Source: an uncultured delta proteobacterium | GTDB taxonomy: Bacteria > Desulfobacterota > BSN033 > UBA1163 | Assembly (NCBI GenBank): GCA_963708295.1 | Contig: CAVPSJ010000014.1 | Location: forward strand, 160,001-224,000 | Reading direction: 5' to 3' | Length of the DNA: 64,000 nucleotides | Part shown: positions 31,012 to 41,565 of the stretch, piece after piece | Layout: each line of letters starts with the position of its first letter | Numbering within the stretch: position 1 is the stretch's first letter | The notes under the pieces: generated by a model | Databases searched by the model: none | Told to the model about the DNA's origin: nothing | What the model saw: the letters and a program-made list of their open reading frames with translations, nothing else | Program-made: the position numbers and the translations under genes

Positions 31012-31833
31012 ATGAGAATGATCGATACCCATTTCCACATCGGCGTTATCCCCCACGAATGGCAGCATATCCTCGGGCTCTGTGAATTGGACACGGTGAT
31101 CGTTCCCTCGGATCAGATGATTCCCGACTATTCTACCCTAGACATGGTGAAGGATCATTACGACCGAATCCTCACGGAAAAAACTGAAAATGCCCATGAC
31201 TTTGGGATTTTCAATGTCTTTTTGGCCGTCACATATCCCATGTGGGGGCTCCCATTGTCCCTGCTGGATAAAGGGATTGAGCTCTTGGAACAGTATATCG
31301 GGAAACCTCGCGTCGTAGGGGTCGGCGAGGCAGGAATGGATACGGTTACCGTTGAGCATGAGGAAGTCGTGTTCAAGGCAATGGTCGCTTTTGCGAAGGA
31401 ACACAAGGTGCCTATTATCATCCACACCCCGCCCCCGCGCCATTCCCCCTATCTTGGCCGTGAGAAAACGGATTATGACAAACGGAAGGTGATGGAACGG
31501 ATTATCAAAATTCTTGTCAATTCCGGAATCGATCCTAAAAAGGTGATCCTCGACCATATGAACAAGGAAACCCTTGAGATGGCCTGGGGCTATGAGTCCT
31601 GGCTGGGCCTGAGTTGCTGTTTGGACAAACTGAGCGGCCCTGAGATCGTCTCCTTTTACAGGGAGTACGGGCCAGATCGCTTTATCGTCAATAGTGAATG
31701 GGGATTCTCTGGAGGGGGTAACCGATCTGTCCCCAAGGTAGTTGTCGATATGAAGGCCGCGAATGCGCCTCTTGAAGATATCCAGAAGATGGTTTTCAAA
31801 AATGCAAAAACTTTCTTCAACCTGACGATCTGA
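31012..31833 (+). CDS. TatD-related metal-dependent hydrolase
   Basis: IDTHFH, GVGEAG, IIHTP, ILDH, VNSE. Confidence 0.8.
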   Translation: MRMIDTHFHIGVIPHEWQHILGLCELDTVIVPSDQMIPDYSTLDMVKDHYDRILTEKTENAHDFGIFNVFLAVTYPMWGLPLSLLDKGIELLEQYIGKPRVVGVGEAGMDTVTVEHEEVVFKAMVAFAKEHKVPIIIHTPPPRHSPYLGREKTDYDKRKVMERIIKILVNSGIDPKKVILDHMNKETLEMAWGYESWLGLSCCLDKLSGPEIVSFYREYGPDRFIVNSEWGFSGGGNRSVPKVVVDMKAANAPLEDIQKMVFKNAKTFFNLTI

Positions 31834-32411
31834 TTTTTTTGCCAAATCGTCTATTCTCAAATTCTCACTCAAGAAGATTCCGAGACCTTAATCCCCTCAG
31901 TTGTGATCTATCCATTTGTGTTAACCTGACTGCTTTTTGTGTAATGCAGGAGAAAGAAATTTCTGCGAAATAAACCCAGATCAATGCTCTCCTTACTACA
32001 CTCACTTTCTCATGGTGATCATCAATGTATTACATCAATTGATTCCGGGGACTTGCGAAAGAAATAACCGAAGGGGACTCGGAAAAACTCCATTTTACGA
32101 ATGCTCAATAGCTGCTATCTATCCTTCGTTTTTAGACCCCGTAAAATGTTTCGATACGATTCTTCTATTGAATCTGGATCCGTGATACCAGTAATCGTCG
32201 ACGTCAAGAGTTGCCCAGAGGGAAGACTTCTGAAGCCCTTAGCCATCAAATTAGCCACCCCTTTCTCTTGAGGCGTCTAGAGGGTTCTTATTAATCTTTT
32301 GACCCCCATCCTGCTTAGAAAATCTTCCAGAACTTCTCCGACGCCTCTTCTCGCCTTGACACCCATTTTATATTTTGTTATCCGTTGTATGTGAGAAAGG
32401 TGAATGAGAGA

Positions 32412-34115
32412 ATGATGCGTGATCAAGCAGTTTCCGGCGACGCTTCTCCGAATACCGTTTTCAGCAATGCCACCCTTTTCAACGCTTTCACCAGAGAGTT
32501 TATCAAAGGCCAATCCCTCTGGGTCAAAGACGGCATCATTGCCTACGTGGGTCGTGCGGCCGAATTTCCCAAGAGTGAGAAGACCGTAACGATCGACGCA
32601 GATGGAATGGTCCTTCTTCCCGGATTGATTGATGGCCACACCCACACCTTGAGTCACCGGTACAGTGTCGAGGAATTCATCAAGCACGCGATTCCATCCG
32701 GTGTCACAACGGTGATTACAGAAACCATCGAACTTGCGACCATCGCGGGGAAAGATGGCATAGAATATTTTGCAAAAGGGTTGGAAGGACAACCGATCCG
32801 ATTGTATTACACGGTCGCGCCTCTCTGCGGTCTCACCCCAACAGAAGAAATCATTGCCCCGACCCTTGAAGAATTTGAGTCCATCCTGAAAGACCCCAAA
32901 TGTCTCGGCATCGGCGAGATCTATTGGGGGAACCTTTTCTTAGAGGGAAAACAGGGAGAGCGATTGAAGGAGCTTATTTCGACGGCTCTGGAGATGAAGA
33001 AAGTGGTGGAGGGCCATACCGCAGGTGCAAAAGGACAGAAACTTCAGACCTATGCCAGTTTTGGTATCTCCTCGTGCCATGAGCCCATTACGGAAAAGGA
33101 GGTATTGGAGAGACTTCGGTTGGGTTACTGGATCATGATTCGGGAAGGGGGGATCCGGAAGGAACTGGAGGGAGTCAAGGGAATTTTCAAGAAGAAGATT
33201 GACTTTAGAAGATTGGCCTTGGCAACGGATGGGGTCGATCCCGAGGGATTTTTCACCGAGGGCTATCTTGACGCCTCTCTGAGGAGTTTGCTGAAGTTGG
33301 GGGTTCCGCCGAAGCTGGCTTATCAGATGGTAACCATCAATGTCGCAGAGCATTTCCGCCTTGACCCTCTCCTCGGGTCTCTTTCACCCGGGAGAATGGC
33401 TGATCTTCTAATCATTCCCAGCCCGAATGAATTTTCGCCCCAGCTGGTGATGTGCGACGGCAAGATTATTTTCAAGGATGGCAAATCCCTGGCGGGGCCA
33501 CAAAAGGTCTTTTTTCCGGAAGCCATGTTTAACACGGTAAGAATCAAGGACTACTGTTTTCCTCCTGTCCCCAAAAAAGGGAAGGTCAGGACAATGGAAC
33601 TGGTGACGAGACTGGTTACCCAGGAAAGAATCATCGATCTTGAAGATCCTGAGGAATCGAAAGATGTGGTCATGATCTTCGTCATCAACAGGCTGGGAAC
33701 TGGAAAGGCCTTTATGGGTCTTCTCAAGGGATTCGGCCTTCAACGAGGAGCTTACGGGACGACGACAAGCTGGGATATGCCTGATATGATTGTCGTGGGA
33801 TGTGATACTCAATCGATGGAAACAGTGATCGGAAGACTCGAAGAAATTGGAGGGGGATGTGCTTATGCAATCGGGAAAGAGATCGTTGCAGAATTACCCG
33901 CTCCTCTCTGTGGCGTCATTTCTTTAAAACCGATGGAGACGGTTGGAAGCGAGGTTAAGAAACTGGAAGAATCTCTGAAGAAGAACGGAGTCAAATGGGA
34001 AAAACCTATCCTCACGGTTGACACTTTCGGAACCCCCGCTATTCCAAGCTTAAGAATTACCGATCATGGATACGTCAGGCTAAAAGACCGGGAAATTCTT
34101 TCTCTGGAGATATGA
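32412..34115 (+). CDS. Adenine deaminase-like amidohydrolase (divergent)
   Basis: PGLIDGHTH, EGH, SCHE, IREG, TDG, AEHFRL..GSLSPGRMAD; ETIE replaces DPHE. Confidence 0.8.
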   Translation: MMRDQAVSGDASPNTVFSNATLFNAFTREFIKGQSLWVKDGIIAYVGRAAEFPKSEKTVTIDADGMVLLPGLIDGHTHTLSHRYSVEEFIKHAIPSGVTTVITETIELATIAGKDGIEYFAKGLEGQPIRLYYTVAPLCGLTPTEEIIAPTLEEFESILKDPKCLGIGEIYWGNLFLEGKQGERLKELISTALEMKKVVEGHTAGAKGQKLQTYASFGISSCHEPITEKEVLERLRLGYWIMIREGGIRKELEGVKGIFKKKIDFRRLALATDGVDPEGFFTEGYLDASLRSLLKLGVPPKLAYQMVTINVAEHFRLDPLLGSLSPGRMADLLIIPSPNEFSPQLVMCDGKIIFKDGKSLAGPQKVFFPEAMFNTVRIKDYCFPPVPKKGKVRTMELVTRLVTQERIIDLEDPEESKDVVMIFVINRLGTGKAFMGLLKGFGLQRGAYGTTTSWDMPDMIVVGCDTQSMETVIGRLEEIGGGCAYAIGKEIVAELPAPLCGVISLKPMETVGSEVKKLEESLKKNGVKWEKPILTVDTFGTPAIPSLRITDHGYVRLKDREILSLEI

Positions 34116-34508
34116 TGTTTTATTTCATGATCCATTCCAATAGATAAAAAACCTTGACAACCCGATCAATTATTGTTATTTGGAAATTTAGGCGTTAAGA
34201 ACCGAAGAACCGGGCCCACAGGGTGGGGCTCTGAAACCCATTTTCTCTAACCCAAAACCCAGATCGAGAATTCAATAGATTGGACAAAGGCTTTTCTGCC
34301 ATTGGCAAACACGTCTTTTACCTCCCCCATTCCCGTCAACCGCAGGCCCTGGTCCCGACCGAGGGCGGGGCAGGCAAAGGACGGGCTTTCTAACGGGGTA
34401 AACGTTGAAGGCAAAAAGCAAAAAGATGAAAGGAGGTGATCGGGGGGACATGGAACAGAGTTTTTTTGTAGTTTCATTTAACTCTTTTTCCGATAGAAGG
34501 AGGAGATT

Positions 34509-35906
34509 ATGAAGGAGTACAAAGTTTTTCTTAGAGAGGATGAGATTCCGAAGCAATGGTACAATATCCAGGCAGACTTACCCAGCCCCCTGCAGCCGCC
34601 CCTCCACCCGGCAACAAAACAACCGATCGGTCCTCAAGACCTTGCCCCCGTTTTCCCCATGAATCTCATCGAGCAGGAGGTCAACACCAAGGATCGGTGG
34701 ATTGATATCCCCCAAGAGGTGATGGAAAAACTCCTCATCTGGAGGCCTACTCCTCTCCGTCGGGCTCATGGATTAGAAAAAGCCCTGGGAACACCCGCCA
34801 GGATTTATTACAAGGATGAAGGGGTGAGCCCTCCAGGAAGCCATAAGCCGAACACAGCCGTTGCACAGGCTTATTACAACAAGGTTTTTGGGATTAAACG
34901 GATTGCGACAGAAACCGGTGCAGGGCAATGGGGAAGCGCCCTTAGTTTTGCTTGCGGTCTCTTCGGCCTGGAGTGTAAGGTCTATATGGTCAGGATCAGT
35001 TATGACCAAAAACCTTATCGCCGCTTGATGATGAATACCTGGGGAGCCAACTGTGTTCCCAGTCCGAGCAAAGACACCAATGTGGGGAGAAAGATTCTGG
35101 AGGCGAACCCGGATTCTCCCGGAAGTCTCGGAATTGCCATCAGCGAGGCTGTTGAAGACGCGGTCACGTCAAAGGACACCCGATACTCCCTGGGAAGCGT
35201 TTTGAACCATGTCCTCATGCATCAAACCATCATCGGTCTTGAGGCGAAGAAGCAGTTGGAGAAATTTGGGGAGAAGAAAGTCGATATCGTCACCGGGTGT
35301 GCGGGCGGGGGAAGCAACTTTGGTGGCCTTGCCTTTCCTTTTGTCCTGGATAAGATCAATGGTGCCAAGATTACCATTATTCCCGCGGAACCCACTTCTT
35401 GCCCCACCATGACCCGGGCGCCGTTTGTCTATGACTTTGGGGATAACGTAGGAATGGCACCCATGGTTCCGATGCACAGTCTCGGACATTCCTTTATCCC
35501 GGCACCCATCCATGCGGGAGGACTTCGCTATCATGGGATGGCTCCCCTCGTCAGCCAATTGATCGTTGACGAACTCTTGGAGCCTCGGGCTTATAATCAA
35601 CTCGAGTGCTATGCCAATGCGGTCCTCTGGGCGAGGACCGAAGGGTTCATCCCCGCACCTGAGACCAGTCATGGTATCTCTGTCGTAGTTGAAGAAGCGA
35701 AGAAGGCGAAGCAAGAGGGAAAGGAAAAAGTCATCCTTCTCAACTGGAGCGGCCATGGCATCATGGACCTCGGTGGTTATGAATCTTATTTCAGCGGAAG
35801 GCTCGTTGACTACCCGCTACCACAGGAAGAGATGATGAAATCCCTGAAGGATATTGAAGGATGGCCGAAACCCAAGATTATGAAAATGGGTAAAGTCGTT
35901 GGATAA
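34509..35906 (+). CDS. trpB2: TrpB2 (stand-alone tryptophan synthase beta-like, PLP)
   Basis: [47 protein letters not shown]; no adjacent trpA. Confidence 0.93.
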   Translation: MKEYKVFLREDEIPKQWYNIQADLPSPLQPPLHPATKQPIGPQDLAPVFPMNLIEQEVNTKDRWIDIPQEVMEKLLIWRPTPLRRAHGLEKALGTPARIYYKDEGVSPPGSHKPNTAVAQAYYNKVFGIKRIATETGAGQWGSALSFACGLFGLECKVYMVRISYDQKPYRRLMMNTWGANCVPSPSKDTNVGRKILEANPDSPGSLGIAISEAVEDAVTSKDTRYSLGSVLNHVLMHQTIIGLEAKKQLEKFGEKKVDIVTGCAGGGSNFGGLAFPFVLDKINGAKITIIPAEPTSCPTMTRAPFVYDFGDNVGMAPMVPMHSLGHSFIPAPIHAGGLRYHGMAPLVSQLIVDELLEPRAYNQLECYANAVLWARTEGFIPAPETSHGISVVVEEAKKAKQEGKEKVILLNWSGHGIMDLGGYESYFSGRLVDYPLPQEEMMKSLKDIEGWPKPKIMKMGKVVG

Positions 35907-35918
35907 GTGAGTGATGGG

Positions 35919-35955
35919 ATCCTACGGGCCTTTCGGGGCCCGTAGGATTTTTTAT
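35919..35955 (+). terminator. Rho-independent terminator
   Basis: ATCCTACGGGCC-TTTCGG-GGCCCGTAGGAT followed by a T run. Confidence 0.8.
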
Positions 35956-36065
35956 TAAATTCGCATCTGAAAACCCCTCCCTGTGCCTGCCTGCCGGTAG
36001 ACAGGGACGGGGGTTCTCTACTGAACGAGCTTGTACCCAATTCCTTAAAGCCTGCCGGAACACCG

Positions 36066-36335
36066 ATGATTGAAGAACATGATGCCCTGATCATCCGTTG
36101 CCCTCAGCTGGGTGGCGAGATTCCCTTCCGATATTGTCGAACCGTTAATGAACACCTGCCATGCCGGAGAATAATGGTCTGCTGGGAGTTTCGAATGGAG
36201 ATATCAAAATTCATAGGGGAACATTATTCCGTTGATCAAGTCCAATGCGCCTTGACACCTCCGACCAAGACAAGGCTTGATACCATTCTCGAACTCATCG
36301 AAAAGGCCAAGAAGATCAAAGAAGAAGGAGAGTGA
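36066..36335 (+). CDS. Small Cys-rich hypothetical protein
   Basis: CPQLGG..FRYC..PC..CW pattern; tightly coupled to the next gene. Confidence 0.65.
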   Translation: MIEEHDALIIRCPQLGGEIPFRYCRTVNEHLPCRRIMVCWEFRMEISKFIGEHYSVDQVQCALTPPTKTRLDTILELIEKAKKIKEEGE

Positions 36336-36339
36336 CAGG

Positions 36340-37434
36340 ATGCTGATCTCTGATCGATTAAGAAATATTAAGCCCTCGGGGGTGAGGCGAATCTTTGATT
36401 TGGCACGCCGGATGAAAGATCCGATCAATCTGAGCATCGGCGAACCCGATTTTGATATCCCGGAACCTCTTAAAGAGGAAGGCATTAAATGGATCAAAAA
36501 GGGGTTCAACAAATATACTCCCACCCAGGGCATCCCTGAATTGAGGGAAAAAATCGCCTCCCATTTAAAGAAGAAGGGGATCCATTTCGAGGAGGTCATG
36601 GTGACAGCGGGCGTGACCGGCGGTCTTCTCCTGGCCAGCCTTGCCCTGATCAACCCGGGGGATGAAGTCATCATCCCCGATCCGTTTTTTGTGATGTATG
36701 AGTATCAGGTTCTTCTTATGGGAGGGGTCCCTGTCTTCGTCGATACCTATCCTGATTTCCGACTGAAGGAGGAAGAATTCATCAAGAAATTATCGAAGAA
36801 GACGAAGTTCATTATCATCAACAGCCCGAATAACCCCACGGGGGCGATCTTTCCAAAGGAAGATCTGATGGGGGTGGTCCGGACCGCCCGGGAAAGAAAT
36901 CTTTTAATTCTCTCCGATGACATCTACGATAACTTTGTTTTCGACGCCCCTTCGTGCCCCTGTATCGGACAATTCTATGAGAACACGTTAACGTTGGGCG
37001 GATTCTCAAAGGGTTGGGGGATGACCGGTTGGAGACTGGGTTATGCGGCCGGCCCTAAGGAGATCCTCCAGCAGATGATCACCCTTCAGCAATATACATT
37101 CTCCAGTGTCAACTCCTTTGCTCAGAAAGCAGCGATCAAGGCCCTGGACTTCAATGTGGAGGATTACATTAAAGGCTATAAAAAGAAAAGAGATTTGATC
37201 TACCATGGGCTCAAAGAAAAGTTTAATGTCGAAAAGCCACAAGGCGCTTTTTATATCTTTCCGGAGGTCCCGGGAGGAAACGGAGAGGCCTTTGTAGAAA
37301 AAGCCATCGAACAGAATCTCTTTATTGTGCCGGGTAGCGTTTTTTCCAAGAGAAATACCCACGTCAGGATCTCATTTGCAGCATCGGATGAAACCCTTCA
37401 AAAAGGCATTGAGACCCTTAATCGAATCAGCTAA
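36340..37434 (+). CDS. Class I/II PLP aminotransferase (aspartate/aromatic type)
   Basis: IGEPDF, NSPNNPTG, SDDIY, GFSKGWGMTGWRLG. Confidence 0.92.
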   Translation: MLISDRLRNIKPSGVRRIFDLARRMKDPINLSIGEPDFDIPEPLKEEGIKWIKKGFNKYTPTQGIPELREKIASHLKKKGIHFEEVMVTAGVTGGLLLASLALINPGDEVIIPDPFFVMYEYQVLLMGGVPVFVDTYPDFRLKEEEFIKKLSKKTKFIIINSPNNPTGAIFPKEDLMGVVRTARERNLLILSDDIYDNFVFDAPSCPCIGQFYENTLTLGGFSKGWGMTGWRLGYAAGPKEILQQMITLQQYTFSSVNSFAQKAAIKALDFNVEDYIKGYKKKRDLIYHGLKEKFNVEKPQGAFYIFPEVPGGNGEAFVEKAIEQNLFIVPGSVFSKRNTHVRISFAASDETLQKGIETLNRIS

Positions 37435-37460
37435 AATTAAGGCAATAGATAAAATTCAGG

Positions 37461-37690
37461 TTTACCGCGGAGGCGCAGAGAACGCAAAGCATGTTTTGAT
37501 GAACCAATCCCGCGAGATGCGGTATTGGTTCATCAACGCTTCCCCTTCGGGACCAGGCCTCATCTATGTTTCAAGGCTATAGCGCTGCAAGAATGTAGTT
37601 TGACTTAGGAGCAGACTTTTTATTTGGCGGCTCCTCACCGTCAAATAGAAAAATCACTCCTCCGCGTTCTCGGCGGCTCTGCGGTGAGAT
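37461..37690. repeat. REP-like element, same family as 724-886
   Basis: TACCGCGGAGGCGCAGAG...CTCTGCGGTG; internal TTTATTTGGCGG..CCGTCAAATA hairpin. Confidence 0.7.
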
Positions 37691-37717
37691 TTCTGAGAAA
37701 GCGGAATAGAGGGATAG

Positions 37718-38257
37718 ATGCCAATCGATTTGCAGGCAGTGTGCGAAATCATTGAAAGGCACGGCTATCAAAAGGCTTCCCTGATCGGAATCCTCCAGGA
37801 TATTCAGGGGGAAATGAGCTACCTTCCTCGAAAGGCATTGGTTCAGGTAGGGAAAAGCCTCGATATTCCCCTGACTCACATTTACGAAGTTGCGACTTTC
37901 TATAAGGCCTTCAGTCTCGAGCCCAGGGGAAAACATACCATCCAGGTATGCCTGGGAACAGCCTGCCACGTCCGAGGAGGGTCCAGAGTTCTCGACTATC
38001 TTGAGAATCGACTGAAGGTAAAACCGGGAGGAACCACAAAAGACCTATCCTTTACCTTGGAAAGTGTCAACTGTCTGGGGGCCTGCGCGTTGGGACCCAT
38101 GATGGTGATTGATAAGAAATATTACGGAAAAATCAACACGAATAAGATTGAATCCATTCTGGAAAAATATCAGTCTCGAAATGAATCACCGCATCCAAAG
38201 TATCTCCGATCTTCGGAAGCTCCGCCAGTCCTTGAAAAAGTTAAGAGACAGGAATAG
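37718..38257 (+). CDS. NuoE/HydC-like [2Fe-2S] subunit
   Basis: [20 protein letters not shown]. Confidence 0.9.
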   Translation: MPIDLQAVCEIIERHGYQKASLIGILQDIQGEMSYLPRKALVQVGKSLDIPLTHIYEVATFYKAFSLEPRGKHTIQVCLGTACHVRGGSRVLDYLENRLKVKPGGTTKDLSFTLESVNCLGACALGPMMVIDKKYYGKINTNKIESILEKYQSRNESPHPKYLRSSEAPPVLEKVKRQE

Positions 38258-40036
38258 GCCGTCCGTCACAATCTGCGCAGGAACGGGCTGTCAGGCAACG
38301 GGTGCTTTAGAAGTGGTGGAGAAATTCAAACAAGAAATCTTAAGCCGGCATCTGGAGGAGAAAATTGATGTTCGCGCCAGCGGATGCCACGGTTTTTGCG
38401 AGCGAGGGCCCCTGGTGGTCATCCGGCCTGAGAAGATCTGCTACATGAATGTAGAGGCGACGGACGCGTCTCAGATTCTTGCGGACACGGTTCTCGATGG
38501 GAAAGTGATCGACCGCCTTCTCTACCAGGACCCCTTGACGAAGGAAAAGATCATTCACGAAGAGGAAATCCCATTTTACAAATTTCAGCAGAGGGTCGTT
38601 TTCGGGAGCAACGGAGAGATCGATCCAACTCGGATCGATGACTATATTGCGTTGGGCGGTTACCAGGGGTTGGAAAAGGTCTTATCCGAAAAAACCCCGG
38701 AAGAGGTTATTGAAACCATCAAACAATCCGGTCTGAGAGGCCGGGGGGGTGGAGGTTTTCCAACCGGCGCAAAATGGGAGTCTTGTCGAAAAGCACGGGG
38801 GAAGGAAAAGTTTGTCATCTGTAACGCCGATGAAGGAGACCCCGGCGCTTATATGGATCGGTCCCTGCTGGAGGGGAACCCGCACCGTGTGATTGAAGGA
38901 ATGCTCATCGGAGCTTATGCCATTGGTTCCGGGGAAGGGTACGTTTATGTGCGCAATGAGTATCCCCTCGCTGTTGCAAATCTCAGCCGCGCTATCGACC
39001 AGGCGAAGGATTACGGTCTGCTCGGAAAGAATATTCTGGGGTCGGGATTTACATTCGTCCTCAAGATCAGCCGCGGGGGAGGGGCCTTCGTGTGCGGCGA
39101 GTCAACCGCCCTCATGGCTTCTCTGGAGGGAAAAGTCGGAGAGCCTCGGGCCAAATATATTCACACCGTCGAGCACGGCCTCTGGGATCAACCCAGCAAC
39201 CTGAATAATGTTGAGACATGGGCCAATGTCCCCATCATCATCAACCGGGGTGTTGATTGGTATACCTCCATCGGGACAGAAGGGTCAAAGGGAACGAAGA
39301 TTTTCTCGCTGGTCGGAAAGATTAACAATACCGGTCTTGTCGAGGTCCCGATGGGAATCACGTTGCGCCAGATCGTTTACGATATCGGCGGTGGCATTCC
39401 GGGAAGCAAGCGCTTCAAGGCCATCCAGACAGGGGGGCCCTCCGGCGGCTGTATTCCGGAGACGCTTCTTGACCTTCCCATCGATTTCGATCGACTTCAG
39501 GATGCCGGATCCATGATGGGTTCGGGCGGCATGATCGTCATGGATGAAGACAATTGTATGGTGGACATGGCTCGATATTTTGTTGGGTTTCTTCAGGAGG
39601 AATCGTGCGGCAAATGTGTTCCCTGCCGGGAGGGACTTCAACAGATGGGCGAGATCCTTAACCGGATCTGCGAAGGGAACGGGGGGAGGGAGACATTCAA
39701 CTTCTGCAAAACCTCTCTCAGGTGATGGTTGACACATCGCTTTGCGGCCTCGGACTAACAGCACCCAACCCTGTCTTGTCAACCGTCCGATATTTCAGAG
39801 AGGAATACGAAGCCCATATTAGAGATAGAAAGTGCCCGGCCAAATACTGTAAAGGGCTTATCTCTCTTTCCATCGACCCTGAAAAGTGCACCGGCTGCGG
39901 AGCTTGTTTGAAGGTTTGTCCTGTGGATGCGATTGCCGGTGAGAAAAAGAAACCTCATCAGCTCGATGGAGATAAATGCGTAAAGTGCCGGGCCTGCTAC
40001 GAGGCCTGTATGTTTGATGCAGTACTAATTCAATAA
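38181..40036 (+). CDS. NuoF/HydB-like FMN/NADH subunit with N-terminal [2Fe-2S] and C-terminal 2x[4Fe-4S]; frameshift near 39690
   Basis: [58 protein letters not shown]. Confidence 0.9.
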
Positions 40037-40148
40037 CGATAGAGGTTGGAGGAGCATCCCGCTTCGCGGGATTTGAGGATAGAGGTTAATAATGTTTTGC
40101 CTCAAGCCTCAAGCGAAGCGCTCCTCGAACATCATTTGTGGTTCCGTT

Positions 40149-41465
40149 ATGATCACTTTAACCATTAACGGCAAAAAAGTAAGAGCCAAAAAAGATACGA
40201 CCCTTTTGGAAATCTGCCGGAAGATGTCCATCTCGATTCCGACGCTCTGTTATCATCCGGATCTCGGACCTCATGGTTCCTGCCGGTTTTGCACCGTGGA
40301 AGTATTCGAAAATGGAAAGGCCCGAATGGTGACCTCCTGCAATTATCCAGCTCGGGAGGGGATCAAAGTGGAAACTCATTCTGACAAGGTCATTCAGGCA
40401 CGACGAGTTCTGGTCGAGCTTCTCCTGGCACGATGTCCTCAGGTTCCCTTCGTTCAGAATTTCGCCCGGAAACTGGGTGTTGAAAAAACTCCCTTCAAGA
40501 CTGAAAATCCGGAAAACGATTGCATCCTTTGCGGTCTTTGTGTTCGCACCTGCCATGAAATCGTGGGGGCCAATGCCATCGGGTTTTCCAACAGAGGAAC
40601 TCAGAAAAAGATTGGGACACCTTTTGAGATCGATTCCGAACAGTGTCTGGCCTGCGGGGCCTGTGAATATATCTGCCCCACCGGAGCCGTTAAAATGGAG
40701 ATGAACCGGATCAGGAAAATCAAGCGATCCGACACCGGGACGCTGCGGTATTGCCGGTATATGCGCCTCGGATTACTCGATTTTATGGTCTGTTCGAACG
40801 GCTTCGAATGCTGGCGTTGCGAGGTGGACCAGGGGATGGAAGACCGGTTTGGAACCCACCCCGCCTTTGCCGTAAAACCAGCGAAAGACAAGCACCCTTT
40901 GCAGGTGAATGGATTTACCTTCTACCCCGAACTTTTTTACAGCGAAGAACATCTCTGGGCCAGACCCATGGACCGGAATATCAAGGTAGGACTCAACGAC
41001 CTAGTTTGCACCTTTGCCATGGAAGCAGATTCCATCCGCCTTCCTCCAGCGGGCACCGTTCTGAAGAAGAGACAGGTCCTTGCGGAAATTACGGCAACGG
41101 GGAAAAAGGCAAGAGTCCGTTCTCCTTTTACGGGAACGATTTCTGTCATCAACCACGACGTGGAAGAATCTCCGAACCTGGCCTGGAGGGATCCCTATGG
41201 CCGGGGATGGCTGCTCATCTTGCATCCTGATCCTCCGGATCAGATTTTGCAGCTTTATTCGGGTGAACCCGCAAAGACCTGGTTTACAAAACAGGCCACG
41301 AATTTGGCCACGCTTTTTATAAAATGGGCTCCCAAGCCCTCTAAAAAAGAGTCCCAGGATGGGCAGTTGATTCGAAAGATCGTCCGTGATCGCTGGGATC
41401 AGCTGACCGAGATCCTGCTGCATTCCAACGTGAAAAAAAGAGATGCTGAAAGAAGTTCAGGTTGA
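40149..41465 (+). CDS. NuoG/HydA N-terminal FeS module fused to a Cys4 motif and a GcvH-like domain
   Basis: IPTLC..GSCRFC..SC, CILCGLCVRTC, CLACGACEYICP; HLWAR..KVGL..SPFTG..DPYGRGWL. Confidence 0.8.
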   Translation: MITLTINGKKVRAKKDTTLLEICRKMSISIPTLCYHPDLGPHGSCRFCTVEVFENGKARMVTSCNYPAREGIKVETHSDKVIQARRVLVELLLARCPQVPFVQNFARKLGVEKTPFKTENPENDCILCGLCVRTCHEIVGANAIGFSNRGTQKKIGTPFEIDSEQCLACGACEYICPTGAVKMEMNRIRKIKRSDTGTLRYCRYMRLGLLDFMVCSNGFECWRCEVDQGMEDRFGTHPAFAVKPAKDKHPLQVNGFTFYPELFYSEEHLWARPMDRNIKVGLNDLVCTFAMEADSIRLPPAGTVLKKRQVLAEITATGKKARVRSPFTGTISVINHDVEESPNLAWRDPYGRGWLLILHPDPPDQILQLYSGEPAKTWFTKQATNLATLFIKWAPKPSKKESQDGQLIRKIVRDRWDQLTEILLHSNVKKRDAERSSG

Positions 41466-41565
41466 CAAGTAGGGCGAGAAGTATCATTCATACCTTGGTT
41501 GTCATCCCGAACTCGTTTCGGGATCTGGATTTGCAGTGTGAGGGACCCTTAAGAAGGGATTAGTC

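Noticed and set aside
34185-34330. T-box or riboswitch upstream of trpB2
   Set aside because: No T-box (TGGNACC) antiterminator or known aptamer motif recognised
39720-39725. Selenocysteine readthrough at the TGA ending the NuoF ORF (also TGA 2993-2995)
   Set aside because: Homology continues in a different frame upstream of the stop, so these are indels, not in-frame recoding
40149-41465. [FeFe]-hydrogenase or formate dehydrogenase catalytic subunit
   Set aside because: No H-cluster motifs or molybdopterin domain
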